From NCBI GenBank assembly GCA_024346625.1, contig AP024664.1, positions 1,674,001-1,738,000 on the forward strand: DNA of 64,000 nt, written 5' to 3'. The DNA comes from Williopsis jadinii (lineage: Eukaryota). Position numbers and translations under genes: made by a program. The notes below the pieces were generated by a model. The model was not told the DNA's origin. It searched no databases and was given only the letters and a program-made list of their open reading frames with translations. This document shows positions 54,690 through 64,000 of the stretch, one piece after another (the first letter of the stretch is position 1; the number at the start of each line of letters is the position of its first letter).

Positions 54690-56574
54690 TTAGTCAACGA
54701 TGGAAGAAAGGTAGTGATAGCGACCAGAAACGGTATTTTTAGCCTTCTTCCATCTTGGTGAAAGTGGAATTGGGTTGCTGGAGAGGTAATTTGGGGGATG
54801 ATCTGGTGTTCCGTTATCGATTGATTCGATTGAGTCACTCTCCATTGTTCTCTTCCGATAACGCTCAGTCTGTAACTGTGAACTGAAAGAGGTTTCTTGA
54901 CTGCCAATGTTCCAGTCCACAGAGTTTTCCGAACTGGAATTGAACGCGACATCTGGAGAAGAGTCCCACGAGAGCCTGTCCAAATCCTCATCAACTATGA
55001 GACACATACGTTTTGTATCTTCACAGATGAACTTCTTCCATCTTCCGGATTCACGTGCCACACCTCGAAGGTTAGTTGCATTGTGAACCTTAGGACCAAA
55101 GCAGAATGAATATAATCCTTGTTTAAGGGGCTTTCTTTTGTACTGAACATCATCAATGTCAATATTGATCTTCAACGTGTTCAGTCTCAACGCATATGCA
55201 TTAGGATCAGTTCTTTCAATGAGGTAGAGCATATTCCTTTGGAGCATCCATGAAATGGCTTTCGCTGTTATTGGGAAATCTTGATGTGACAAGCCCATCT
55301 TTCTGTGCACCTCTGAAAGAATAAAGCCTTTCTTAATAGTACGGCCCATAAAGGTCCAGAGCCTTGTCACCAATAATGGTCTCAAGTTCTCATGAAACGG
55401 TATTTGCCCCATATTGCGTGAACGACATGTGTAGCAAGTTGGGAGTAAATCTTTCACTGTTAGGCTGTAACAGACCCTGTGGACGCGTGCACCGCATGCT
55501 GAGCATTGTACACTGTTGAGAGCGTATCCTCCAAACTTCTCCTTACAACCACATTCACAAGTGAACCTCCCAAGGTGCTGTGTCGGGCTAACAGACTCGT
55601 TATTTCCACCTCCTAAGAACTGTTTGAGAATAGCCGTTGTTTGACTCGGCTCTGGAGAAGGGTATCTTACTGTAGGAAGCTGAACATGCCCTTCAAGAGG
55701 CTTGTCCAACTCTGGAACTTCAAAGGGTTCCATTCGAATTACACCAGTTGTTGGAGTACCTTCTGCAACACTTAGTACATTTAGCACTGTCCTATTATCA
55801 TGTTAGTGGAAAGTTCTACAAAGCAATGTGTAACGGCTGGGGGGTTTCTAGAGCGTACTTGTGACAGCCAGTGTTTAAAGCACCAGCAGAGCAGCCTTCC
55901 AACGATGGCTTTTTGACCCTAACTGTGGCCGCTGGAGCATCACTAGCGTCCTTAAAACCGCTAGGCTGGTAATCTTTTGGGCAGTCATCGCTGAATAGCA
56001 TTCTAAGTGCGACGAACTTGGTCTCCGGCAATTTGTCCAATGCCTGGGTCAATTTGACGAGCCGCTCCATAAGATGTTGAAGTGTCTGTCTTGCACTCAA
56101 CAACGTGATGGTTTCACTTGCACCAGCAGTGCTCATGTCAAGCTTGACTGTATCTTCATTGGAATCGAATGAGAACGAGTAAGCCTCGTGTAGATCGTCT
56201 GGCCTGGACTCGTCTAAGAATATACCGAGCACCAGCCCTTTCAAGTAGTTTCTCTTCAAAGCGTCGAGGATCCCTTCATCTATCCAGTCCAAGAACTGGT
56301 CAACATGAGACGACCTGCCTCTCACCAACGTCTTCACGCGAAGGGAATTGAGCTTCACGTCTGGATCAGTTGGATCGTAGTCCTCTTCGAACTTGTTTGG
56401 CACGAATCTCTGGTCAGCAAAGCTGTTATCAGGGAACAATCCACGCGTGAAGGCGATACAACCAAAGGACATTGTGAGCATCGTGTGTATCAACTGCTGA
56501 CTCTGAGCTGACGAGGCCGGCAGGCCTGTAGCGACTTTAGTTATGGCCTTGTGGGTGAGCGATGCGAACGGCAT
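54690..56574 (-). CDS. HOP1: Meiotic axis HORMA + PHD protein, 2 exons
   Basis: Exon1 56574..55859 (HORMA: CIAFTRGLFPD..F.DQRFVP), intron 55858..55792 (GTACGC...CACTAAC...TAG), exon2 55791..54690 (PHD: CECG..CSAC..H..CY..CYTC). Joined reading HK/TVLNVLS, 605 aa. Confidence 0.92.
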
Positions 56575-56597
56575 TGCGGGCTGTGCTGGTCTGAATG

Positions 56598-56609
56598 TGT
56601 TGCTGTTGC

Positions 56610-56664
<55 letters not shown>
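56598..56664. repeat. (GTT/CAA)n microsatellite, 18 pure units plus degenerate flank, in the HOP1 5' region
   Basis: Read directly. Confidence 0.95.
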
Positions 56665-56666
<2 letters not shown>

Positions 56667-56674
56667 GCCGCCAA
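56663..56674. promoter_or_regulatory. URS1 (Ume6) element of HOP1
   Basis: TTTAGCCGCCAA (core GGCGGCTA) about 90 bp upstream of an early meiotic gene. Confidence 0.8.
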
Positions 56675-57140
56675 CCCTTTGGAGTTATGGCCCATCTGCG
56701 TGAGCATCCACGGCAACATCATCGCCTACAAGCTGGAGAATTACGTAATCCTATGCCAAAGCACTTGCTGAAACCACCGGAGAGTATCAGATCCATCAAG
56801 TTGGACTCATAATTAGGGGCTATGGTTTCCTATTCAATCTGGACAGAGCTTTGCTGGCTGATTCAGAGGGCACTTCGAGCCCAAACAATGGTCTTCAAAG
56901 CTGCAGGAGCTATACCATTTTATGCATCCACCGCATACAATTGAGCAGCTTCGAATGATTGATATAATGGTACCAAAGTGTGATCTTTTAGTGAGGATTT
57001 GTATGTATAAGTGTTCCTTGGAACCTTATGATGCAGTGTATCTGCTCAAAAATATCTTCTCATAGAGTTAAAATTTCCATGTTAGAGCTTACCGCTTGCA
57101 GTGTAACAAGGAGGTGTCTGTTGCTACAAGAGTTATGTTG

Positions 57141-57345
57141 AAAATTTAGTTCAAGGTAGGCACGTGACTCCGAACTAAAATTGAAGAAAATTTGGTGAGA
57201 AACTCACGTGAGTAGGTACAGAGTGCTCTCAATTTGGTGAGAAAGTCACGTGTACAGGTACACACTCCTCTTAATCTTCTCTCCTAGTCACGTGACTAGA
57301 CACACAGGCCCCTCAATTTGATTTCACAATCACGTGACCAGAACC
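57141..57345. repeat. Degenerate 42-bp tandem array, each unit containing CACGTG
   Basis: CACGTG at 57161, 57205, 57247, 57289, 57331; units begin AAT(TT). Confidence 0.85.
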
Positions 57346-57847
57346 CCAGCTGTTCCATCTTGGACACAGCATCGTACACCCAGCCTACATGACCGCTACG
57401 ACCATCTACACCTTCACCCTATCCTAGGCACACCGCTATGTACTACACCAAGACTACCACACCATGCCTCTGTGCTTGCTTTCCTCGCCATCGTCGCCTC
57501 GGATATCATACCAACGTGCCAAACTGGCACCTCTTCACCCAAAGTGTGTTCAGGCCTGCATGTGAACTGAATACCCTATCTACGTGCTGAAAACCCCAAC
57601 ACCAACACCTCTGCGCTCGCCCAGCAAGGCACCACACACCACACACCACACTCCACAGCACTCAACAAACACCCAACAGCCAACCTGGCCAATCACCTCC
57701 ACGCTGAGTGGTGCGAAATGCTCGTCCACCCCCGTTCCGCAATGAATTGTGAATTCCTCCGTATTTGTCCTGCCGCTGAGGCGTCGGTGTTTTTTTTCGC
57801 GCTGCCTTTGAAAGCCTAACGTACTTGTTTTTCCTTCTTTGGCACAA

Positions 57848-58197
57848 AACGTGCATCGCTTGACACGTTTTCGCTCAGCTCACATCCTCCCAATTCGACT
57901 CAGCTTGAAGACGCCCTTCCAGCACAATTCAGCGCACCGTAAGGGTTGTTTTGGCTGGAGAGTCTCACAGATCGACACAGCACGCGGGCCAGTGATATTC
58001 ACATGCAAATTTACCATTTGTAACGTGAGACCAAAACAGGGGAAAAACGTCTCGGAGTCGTCGCACATCACACGTGGAGAGCGTGTTTTCCTAAGCTTTG
58101 AGCGCGCATACGTTGTTGTGTGTTATTGCACACACTGCGAAGACACTTGCCATGCTGGGAGGTGAAGGCATAGCTGGGCTGTAAATAGCTATATAAA
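57848..58197 (+). promoter_or_regulatory. BTA1 proximal promoter: Pho4-type sites and TATA
   Basis: AACGTG 57848, CACGTT 57864, AACGTG 58022, CACGTGG 58071, TATATAAA 58190. Confidence 0.6.
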
Positions 58198-58316
58198 GCC
58201 ATTCGATTTCCCTTGTCCTTTCTCAGCTAGTGCTTCTTCGCAGTTTTGGTCTATCTGGCTGTACTCTCGAACAGTTTCAACAACTGCCAGGCGCAAATAG
58301 TAGTACTCTGCAATCA

Positions 58317-60662
58317 ATGTCAACCGTTCTTGCCAACGACCTCGTCGGCGGCTTCCTCCAGCACGCTGCTGATGTCAAGGATACGCTTGGTGAGACTGCT
58401 CACATCAAGTCGATTGCGCTCGCTGTCGGGTTCCTGTCCACGTTCGCCGTGCTGTTCTCCAATGAAAAGTCCAAGTCCTTCTTGGTGTTCATCTGGGCGT
58501 GCTTCTTCAAGCCGTTCACTTCCTCAAAGGTGCACGAGGATCACCAGAACAACCTGGAGACGTTCTACAAGACCCAGGCCAAGTTCTACGACACGACCCG
58601 TGAGATCCTGCTGCAGGGACGCGACGAAGCCTTGAAGCTGGCATTCTCGCACGCTAAGGCAAACTCGTCTCGAGGCAAGAAGCTGGTGTGGATCGATATT
58701 GGTGGCGGTACCGGGCTCAACATCGAGAAGATGGACAAGAGAGTCGCCAAGCTGAGTGAGAACTTCACCGCCGTCTACCTTGTTGACCTGTCGACTTCCT
58801 TGTGTGAAGTTGCTAGGGAAAGAGTTGCTAAGCAAGGTTGGACCAACGTTCACATCATCTGTGGCGATGCTTGTACCTTTGAAATCCCAGAAGAGCATGC
58901 AGACCTGATCACATTCTCTTACTCCTTGTCTATGATCCCGCTGTACCATTCTGCTGTTGACCATGCTGAGAAGTTACTCAACCCTGACTCAGGGATCATC
59001 TGCTCCGTTGACTTTGGTGTTCAGTCTGAGTCGAATTCGATTGGAAGAACCAACACGCTTGGAGGTATGGTGAACCGTCACGTTCCTTGGATTTTCAGAA
59101 CTTTCTGGAGAATCTGGTTCGAATGTGACAAGGTGTTCTTGGACCCTTCAAGAAGAGAGTACCTGGAGTACAAGTTTGGAACAGTCAAGTCCGTCAATTG
59201 TTACAACCGTACTCTGGGTAAGATTCCTTACTATATCTGGTTGGGTGTTAACAAGCAAGAAGATTACCAGTTGGTTTATAGATTCAACTGCTTGGCAACC
59301 GAATCTCCCTATTTGGCACCTGTTGACCCAAAGAAGAACCAACCAGCAGGCAACGAGGACACTCCAGTCTCAAAGGCTCTTGAAGCTGCTCTTGATAATG
59401 CCAAAAAGGGTCTTCCATACCCTTCTTTGTTCTACCAAAGACAGACTTGGAGAGTCTACTACGATGAACTCTCTGATGACTATGAGTGTTTCAAGAATCA
59501 GTACATTTACGCCTTCACCTGGGAAGATCCAAGAGAAGATGCAGCCTTGCTCAACTTGACTTCAAGAGATACGGTTTTGGCCATCACATCTGCCGGTGAT
59601 AACATCCTGTCCTATGCCACTTTACCAGATCCACCAAAGAGAATCCATGGTGTTGACTTAAACCCATGTCAGGGCCACTTGGTTGAGCTGAAACTTGCAG
59701 CTTTAACCACGTTGGGACATGATGACATGTGGAAGTTGTTTGGTGAAGGAAAGATTGAAAACTTTGAGGAGATTTTGATCACCAAGCTGGCTCCACACAT
59801 GTCTTCAAATGCCTTGCAATACTGGTTAGCCAAAGGTCCAAAGGCCTTTGATCCATCAGGGAAGGGTCTTTACGATACTGGCTCCACTAGATGGGCTTTA
59901 AGATTGGCTAGATATGTCTTTGCCATTTCGGGATTGTCCAAGAAGGTTTCAGAGCTTTGTAAGGCCAAGACACTGAACGAGCAGAGGGAGATCTGGAAGG
60001 AGTCCATCCGTCCAGTCCTGCTTAGCACCTTGGTGGGTAAGTTGCTTGTTGGTAATAAGGTCTTCTTATGGAAAGCGTTGGGTGTTCCATCCAACCAGGC
60101 AGCCATGATGGGCGATATCTTGCAGTATGTCATCGACACCTTGGACCCAATCATTGGTAACTCACTGATCTCCTCTGACAACTATTTCTACTACTTGACA
60201 TTGACGGGTAGATACAGACCAACCAACTGTCCAGATTACCTGAGCAAGCAAGGTTTCAAAGTCTTGTCCAGAAAGCAGAACTCGCCATTGGAAGGAATCA
60301 GACTCCACACAGACTATTTGAACAACGTGCTGCGTAGATTGTCCAAGAAGACCATATCCGTGGCTGTTATCATGGACCACATGGACTGGTTCGACCCAGA
60401 AGGCGATGATGTCAACGATGAGATCGATGCCCTCCACGGGGCCCTGTGCGAGGGAGGCCGTGTTATGCTGAGAACAGCCTCCAAGAAGCCATGGTATATC
60501 AACAACTTCGAGCAGCGTGGATTCAAGTGCGAGGCTGCAGCCACAAGATACTCTGGCCAGATGATTGATCGTGTCAACATGTACGCATCAACCTGGATTT
60601 GCACCAAGAAGCCTGCCTTCACCGATAGAAAGATGAGTACCATCGAGTTGGACAAGTTCTAA
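58317..60662 (+). CDS. BTA1: Betaine lipid (DGTS) synthase, fused BtaB methyltransferase + BtaA (DUF3419) domains
   Basis: WIDIGGGTG SAM motif, LITFSYSLSMIP, YIYAFTWEDP, LAITSAGDN, VDLNPCQGHL, MDHMDWF, DRVNMYAS. ATG at 58317. Confidence 0.92.
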   Translation: MSTVLANDLVGGFLQHAADVKDTLGETAHIKSIALAVGFLSTFAVLFSNEKSKSFLVFIWACFFKPFTSSKVHEDHQNNLETFYKTQAKFYDTTREILLQGRDEALKLAFSHAKANSSRGKKLVWIDIGGGTGLNIEKMDKRVAKLSENFTAVYLVDLSTSLCEVARERVAKQGWTNVHIICGDACTFEIPEEHADLITFSYSLSMIPLYHSAVDHAEKLLNPDSGIICSVDFGVQSESNSIGRTNTLGGMVNRHVPWIFRTFWRIWFECDKVFLDPSRREYLEYKFGTVKSVNCYNRTLGKIPYYIWLGVNKQEDYQLVYRFNCLATESPYLAPVDPKKNQPAGNEDTPVSKALEAALDNAKKGLPYPSLFYQRQTWRVYYDELSDDYECFKNQYIYAFTWEDPREDAALLNLTSRDTVLAITSAGDNILSYATLPDPPKRIHGVDLNPCQGHLVELKLAALTTLGHDDMWKLFGEGKIENFEEILITKLAPHMSSNALQYWLAKGPKAFDPSGKGLYDTGSTRWALRLARYVFAISGLSKKVSELCKAKTLNEQREIWKESIRPVLLSTLVGKLLVGNKVFLWKALGVPSNQAAMMGDILQYVIDTLDPIIGNSLISSDNYFYYLTLTGRYRPTNCPDYLSKQGFKVLSRKQNSPLEGIRLHTDYLNNVLRRLSKKTISVAVIMDHMDWFDPEGDDVNDEIDALHGALCEGGRVMLRTASKKPWYINNFEQRGFKCEAAATRYSGQMIDRVNMYASTWICTKKPAFTDRKMSTIELDKF

Positions 60663-60917
60663 GGAACAAGACTGGCTGGCCCAGTACGGCTTACCCGTAT
60701 CTCTCGCAATAGAACTAGATAGCTTACTCTTATTATTCGACACGTATACCGTGCTTCTGCTTTGTATACAGAGGACCCTTCCAGGCACCGCTTTCCCTCT
60801 CTGGGCCTCCCTGTAGAAAGATATCAAGCATGCAATGTTGCAGTGTGACGCGAGTGACTTGAATCCTGGTGAGGTTCCTGCTGTGCTTGGGCAGCCAACG
60901 GCTCAGGAGCAATCACC

Positions 60918-61000
60918 GAAGCACAGCACTGAACCACAGCCTAAGAACCACAGCCTAAGGACCACAGCACCAAAGCACAGCACTGAACCACAGCACCAAG
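60918..61000 (+). repeat. Degenerate 11-14 bp repeats with (C/G)CACAGC core
   Basis: gcacagcactgaaccacagcctaagaaccacagcctaaggaccacagcaccaaagcacagcactgaaccacagc. Confidence 0.75.
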
Positions 61001-61040
61001 GGCCACACCTCTGCCTACACATGGCCCATGGGCCCTGTGC

Positions 61041-61070
61041 TGGGTGTTTGGGTGTTTGGGTGTTTGGGTG
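61041..61070 (+). repeat. 8-bp tandem repeat TGGGTGTT x3.7 (Rap1-like)
   Basis: One-base variant of the TGGGTGTC repeat at 20690. Confidence 0.85.
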
Positions 61071-61265
61071 TGCTGGGCCCTGTGCGTGGCCCTGCCCAGA
61101 GCCTGCGGGCAGAGGGTGGCGGGCCTGGGCCGGCGGGGGCACAAACTCGTGTGGTGGCCCGCGTAATTCCAGCAGGGTAACCAGAATTTAATAGCGTCCC
61201 GCTCCTGAACATCAACAGCAACATCAACAGCAACATCAACAGCAACAGCAACGATACAGCGGAGA

Positions 61266-61892
61266 ATGGCAGAAGTACACAGTTCACCTCGCCAGGAGGA
61301 CCTACACAGCGTGGGCGCCGGTGAAAGCACCGGCTCCTCGCTGTCCAAGTCCACGAGCAGGGTGTCACCGACGATAAGCGAGACACGACTAGATCAGACA
61401 TATTTAGGGATCGGCGGCACCAGCAACAACAACAACAACATCACCAACTACGCCATCTCGCGGCCGTTGTCACGCTCGTCAATGACGTCGGGGGTGTCAG
61501 TGACCGCAACGAAAGACGGCATCGAGGGCAAGAGGGTCAAGAGGCGCGGGATCCCAGGCTACTCGCTGAACCTCATGGAGAAGATGTACGCCCACTACCT
61601 CACCAGCGCCGGAGACGCCGCGGACGACGACTCGCTGCTCTCGCAGGACGACAAGGTGTCCGTGGAGAGCCTGAAGAGCGTCAGCATCAGCATGATCCCG
61701 CAATACAGCAGATCTGGCACCCCGGTGTCCATGGAGGGACACGACGATGGCGGCGTGTTTGGCGAGGATACGCTGGAGTTCGACAGCGAGCCCAGCACTG
61801 ATTACGAGAAGTTCCTACAGCAGGGACGAAGCCAGCGCCACGGCCCGGGCGAGCACCAGGGCTCCATCAACGGCGACACGCGGTCGCTGTGA
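61266..61892 (+). CDS. Uncharacterized protein, YER079W-like
   Basis: Conserved block SMTSGVSVTATKDGIEGKRVKRRGIPGYSLNLM; lies between ICP55 (YER078C) and AIM9 (YER080W). Confidence 0.75.
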   Translation: MAEVHSSPRQEDLHSVGAGESTGSSLSKSTSRVSPTISETRLDQTYLGIGGTSNNNNNITNYAISRPLSRSSMTSGVSVTATKDGIEGKRVKRRGIPGYSLNLMEKMYAHYLTSAGDAADDDSLLSQDDKVSVESLKSVSISMIPQYSRSGTPVSMEGHDDGGVFGEDTLEFDSEPSTDYEKFLQQGRSQRHGPGEHQGSINGDTRSL

Positions 61893-62162
61893 GCGAGCAG
61901 CCGGCACACGCCCACACACGAACACCAATCATAATTCCATAGTTTTAGTTACTGGTTTAACTCTCGAGATTTGGCTCCTTTTGTAGTTGGCGATGCGCTC
62001 TCTGCCCGTTTCCGGCGCTGGAGAGGTTTTTCGTTGTAGGCCGAGAACGCACCGGCCCCCGGCCGGTGCGTCCACAGCGAAAAATTACACGGGCATTAGT
62101 CCTCATGGAAGCTGCTGACGAGTAGGAGGAGCGGTAAAGAAGATCAACGCTGGGATTGTACG

Positions 62163-64000
62163 ATGCTGTCGCTGACGAGAGTGTGCACGCCGGTGCTGAG
62201 AAACTGTGCTAAGGCTGTGTCGAGACGTTCCGCCGCGGTGTGTCTAGGCGGAGCTGCTAGTGCCCGCTACATCTCCAGCGAGGCTCCTAAGGAAGTGTTC
62301 ACCAACATCAACGATGAGTCTGATCCGAACAGGGACGCCATCTTCAAGTACACGTGGGGCACGTGGTTGAAGGACGATGCTGGTGAGAAGAAGAAGAGAT
62401 TCACCAAGTTCTCGTTGGTTGGGTTACAGTCTGTGCTCAAGGAGCTTGTTGAGGATGCAAAGACACACGCCGACGGTGTCGTTGTTCCACCAAAGACACA
62501 CGACAGAAACTTCATCTCTCTGCCACACAACGTGTCTGTGAAGACCACTGGGACGCTGAACCCGAACGAGGAGCTGGTGATCAAGCAGCTGGTGTCTATT
62601 CATGAGGGTAAGCACCATAGAATCTACAAAGTGGAGACGAACACGGGCAACAGCTTTGTGCTGAGAGTCCCATACCCACTGGACTCCGAGTACGCAATCA
62701 CCAAGCGTGTCCAGAGCGAGGTTGCCACCATGGACTTTGTCGACTTGAAGCTGGGTATCAAGGTGCCAAAGGTGTACGCCTACGGTGCTGACCAGGCGAA
62801 CCCTGTTGGCTCACCATTCATCATTATGGAGTTCATTGAAGGCGAGACGCTTATGAAGAAGTGGGCTCCAATGACGCCACACTCCGAGCCAAAGAACAAG
62901 GAGATTGTCGGGCTGGTGATCAACCCACTGTCGGAGTTCCAGTCCAAATTGGCGGAGGTTGAGTTCAACAAGTTTGGTTCTTTGTACTTCTCAGTCGACG
63001 CGAAGGACAAAGCCATGGTGACGGAACCATATGACGGCGAGACTGATGAAAAGTTGCAAGGACGTTGGTTCATCGGTGCAAGCACCGAGAGAGTCTTCTG
63101 GAGAGGAAAGCGTTTGCTCAGAAAGAGCCAATTCGAGAGCTTGGTTGGTCCTTGGGACGCTGACAAGCCACTGGACATTGTCAAGGCTGTTGCCGATATT
63201 GAGCTTGAGAACGCCAGAACCAAGCTCTCCCTGATCCAGGCTGATGCTGCTGGGGTTAAGGAGTCAGAGACAGACTTGAAGAACCAAATTGAAACGTTTA
63301 CTCACTTGCAAACCCTGGCTCCGGTGTTGATCGACACCAAGACACCAAGTGTCAAGAACGTCGGAGCATTGTTTGCTCCAAGATTGGCACATACTGACAT
63401 CGATCCTTTGAACGTTCTTGTCAATGGCGAGGAGTTCACTTTCCTCGATTTTGAAGCTGCTACGATCAAGCCAATCATGTTCCAGTCCACTCCAAGATTC
63501 GTCGCATACGAAGACGGCCCAAAGATTTACGAGTTTGAAATAGATGAAGAGAAGTACAACGCACTTGATGAAGCTGACAAGTACTACTACGACTTTGCAG
63601 TCGCACGTACCAGAAACGAGGTTCTGTGGGACCTGGGCCTGGGTAACACTTTCTCCAAGTTGGGATCAGAGGGATCTCCAGTGCTCAAGAGATTGCGTGG
63701 TCCATTGATCGAGGCGCAAGAGAGAAGAACCTCTCTCGAGACTCCTCTCCTTGACAGAAAGATCTACGAGTTGTCGATCCAGTGGCCTCAGTTCTACGAG
63801 CACAAGTTCGTGCCAGTACAGGAGTTCCCAGTGGAGCTCAACGCTGAAACGTTCGAACAGCACACCAAACAGTTGGAAAACTACTATAAGGTGTTAGGTA
63901 CTGTCCCATTCGCTGTCACTGGTGGCTGGGTTCCACAGGACTTGTTTGATTCTTTGAAGTCTCAAGGAGTTATCAAGGAGTTGGAAAATGGAGATTATGA
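62163..64000 (+). CDS. AIM9: Mitochondrial kinase-like protein Aim9 (partial, runs off window)
   Basis: Not in the ORF track. ATG 62163, MLSLTRVC presequence, then VFTNINDESDPNRDAIFKYTWGTWL...SIHEGKHHRIYKV...VQSEVATMDF; appears open to the window end. Confidence 0.92.
   Translation, partial: MLSLTRVCTPVLRNCAKAVSRRSAAVCLGGAASARYISSEAPKEVFTNINDESDPNRDAIFKYTWGTWLKDDAGEKKKRFTKFSLVGLQSVLKELVEDAKTHADGVVVPPKTHDRNFISLPHNVSVKTTGTLNPNEELVIKQLVSIHEGKHHRIYKVETNTGNSFVLRVPYPLDSEYAITKRVQSEVATMDFVDLKLGIKVPKVYAYGADQANPVGSPFIIMEFIEGETLMKKWAPMTPHSEPKNKEIVGLVINPLSEFQSKLAEVEFNKFGSLYFSVDAKDKAMVTEPYDGETDEKLQGRWFIGASTERVFWRGKRLLRKSQFESLVGPWDADKPLDIVKAVADIELENARTKLSLIQADAAGVKESETDLKNQIETFTHLQTLAPVLIDTKTPSVKNVGALFAPRLAHTDIDPLNVLVNGEEFTFLDFEAATIKPIMFQSTPRFVAYEDGPKIYEFEIDEEKYNALDEADKYYYDFAVARTRNEVLWDLGLGNTFSKLGSEGSPVLKRLRGPLIEAQERRTSLETPLLDRKIYELSIQWPQFYEHKFVPVQEFPVELNAETFEQHTKQLENYYKVLGTVPFAVTGGWVPQDLFDSLKSQGVIKELENGDY

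Noticed and set aside
54551..54994. 148-aa N-terminal extension of the ICP55 ORF overlapping the HOP1 3' end
   Set aside because: Homology and the mitochondrial presequence start at ATG 54550; the extension looks like a chance open frame.
54690..55787. Separate 365-aa PHD gene, or HOP1 pseudogene/frameshift
   Set aside because: Explained by a 67-nt intron joining it in frame to the HORMA exon.
57141..57345. CRISPR-like repeat/spacer array
   Set aside because: Eukaryotic context, conserved core of only 6-8 bp, spacers related to one another, no cas genes.

Overview
Gene-dense eukaryotic region from a budding yeast (Saccharomycotina). It uses the standard code: CTG encodes a conserved Leu in RPS8 (GEELAF). 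It has short spliceosomal introns and a gene order that looks pre-whole-genome-duplication. A Phaffomycetaceae-like yeast (Cyberlindnera/Wickerhamomyces) is a guess, not proven. About 33 protein genes are supported: UBC6, AST1, KTI11, RPS8, SSP120, GTT3-like, eIF5A, Sds3-like, an amino-acid permease, GIP3/HER1, ISU1, prolidase, RPL5, RCN2, COX11, RDS2, MCT1, ODC, DSC3, MTP18, RPB8, two tandem STE13-type dipeptidyl peptidases, BNA1, CSN1/PCI8, ICP55, HOP1, BTA1, YER079W-like, partial AIM9 and others. There is also one tRNA-Leu(CAA) and two snoRNAs not in the ORF track (snR56-like C/D and snR35-like H/ACA). Five coding gene models need introns that the ORF track misses, and RPS8 has a 5'UTR intron. 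The most unusual non-coding signal is a phased array of five CACGTG sites on a 42-bp degenerate repeat between HOP1 and the betaine-lipid synthase BTA1. Also notable: ribosomal-protein promoters carrying Rap1, Tbf1 and Cbf1 motifs together, interstitial TCTGGGTG repeats, and an orphan Myb/SANT-like gene. Gene names come from recalled family motifs and synteny, not from database searches.
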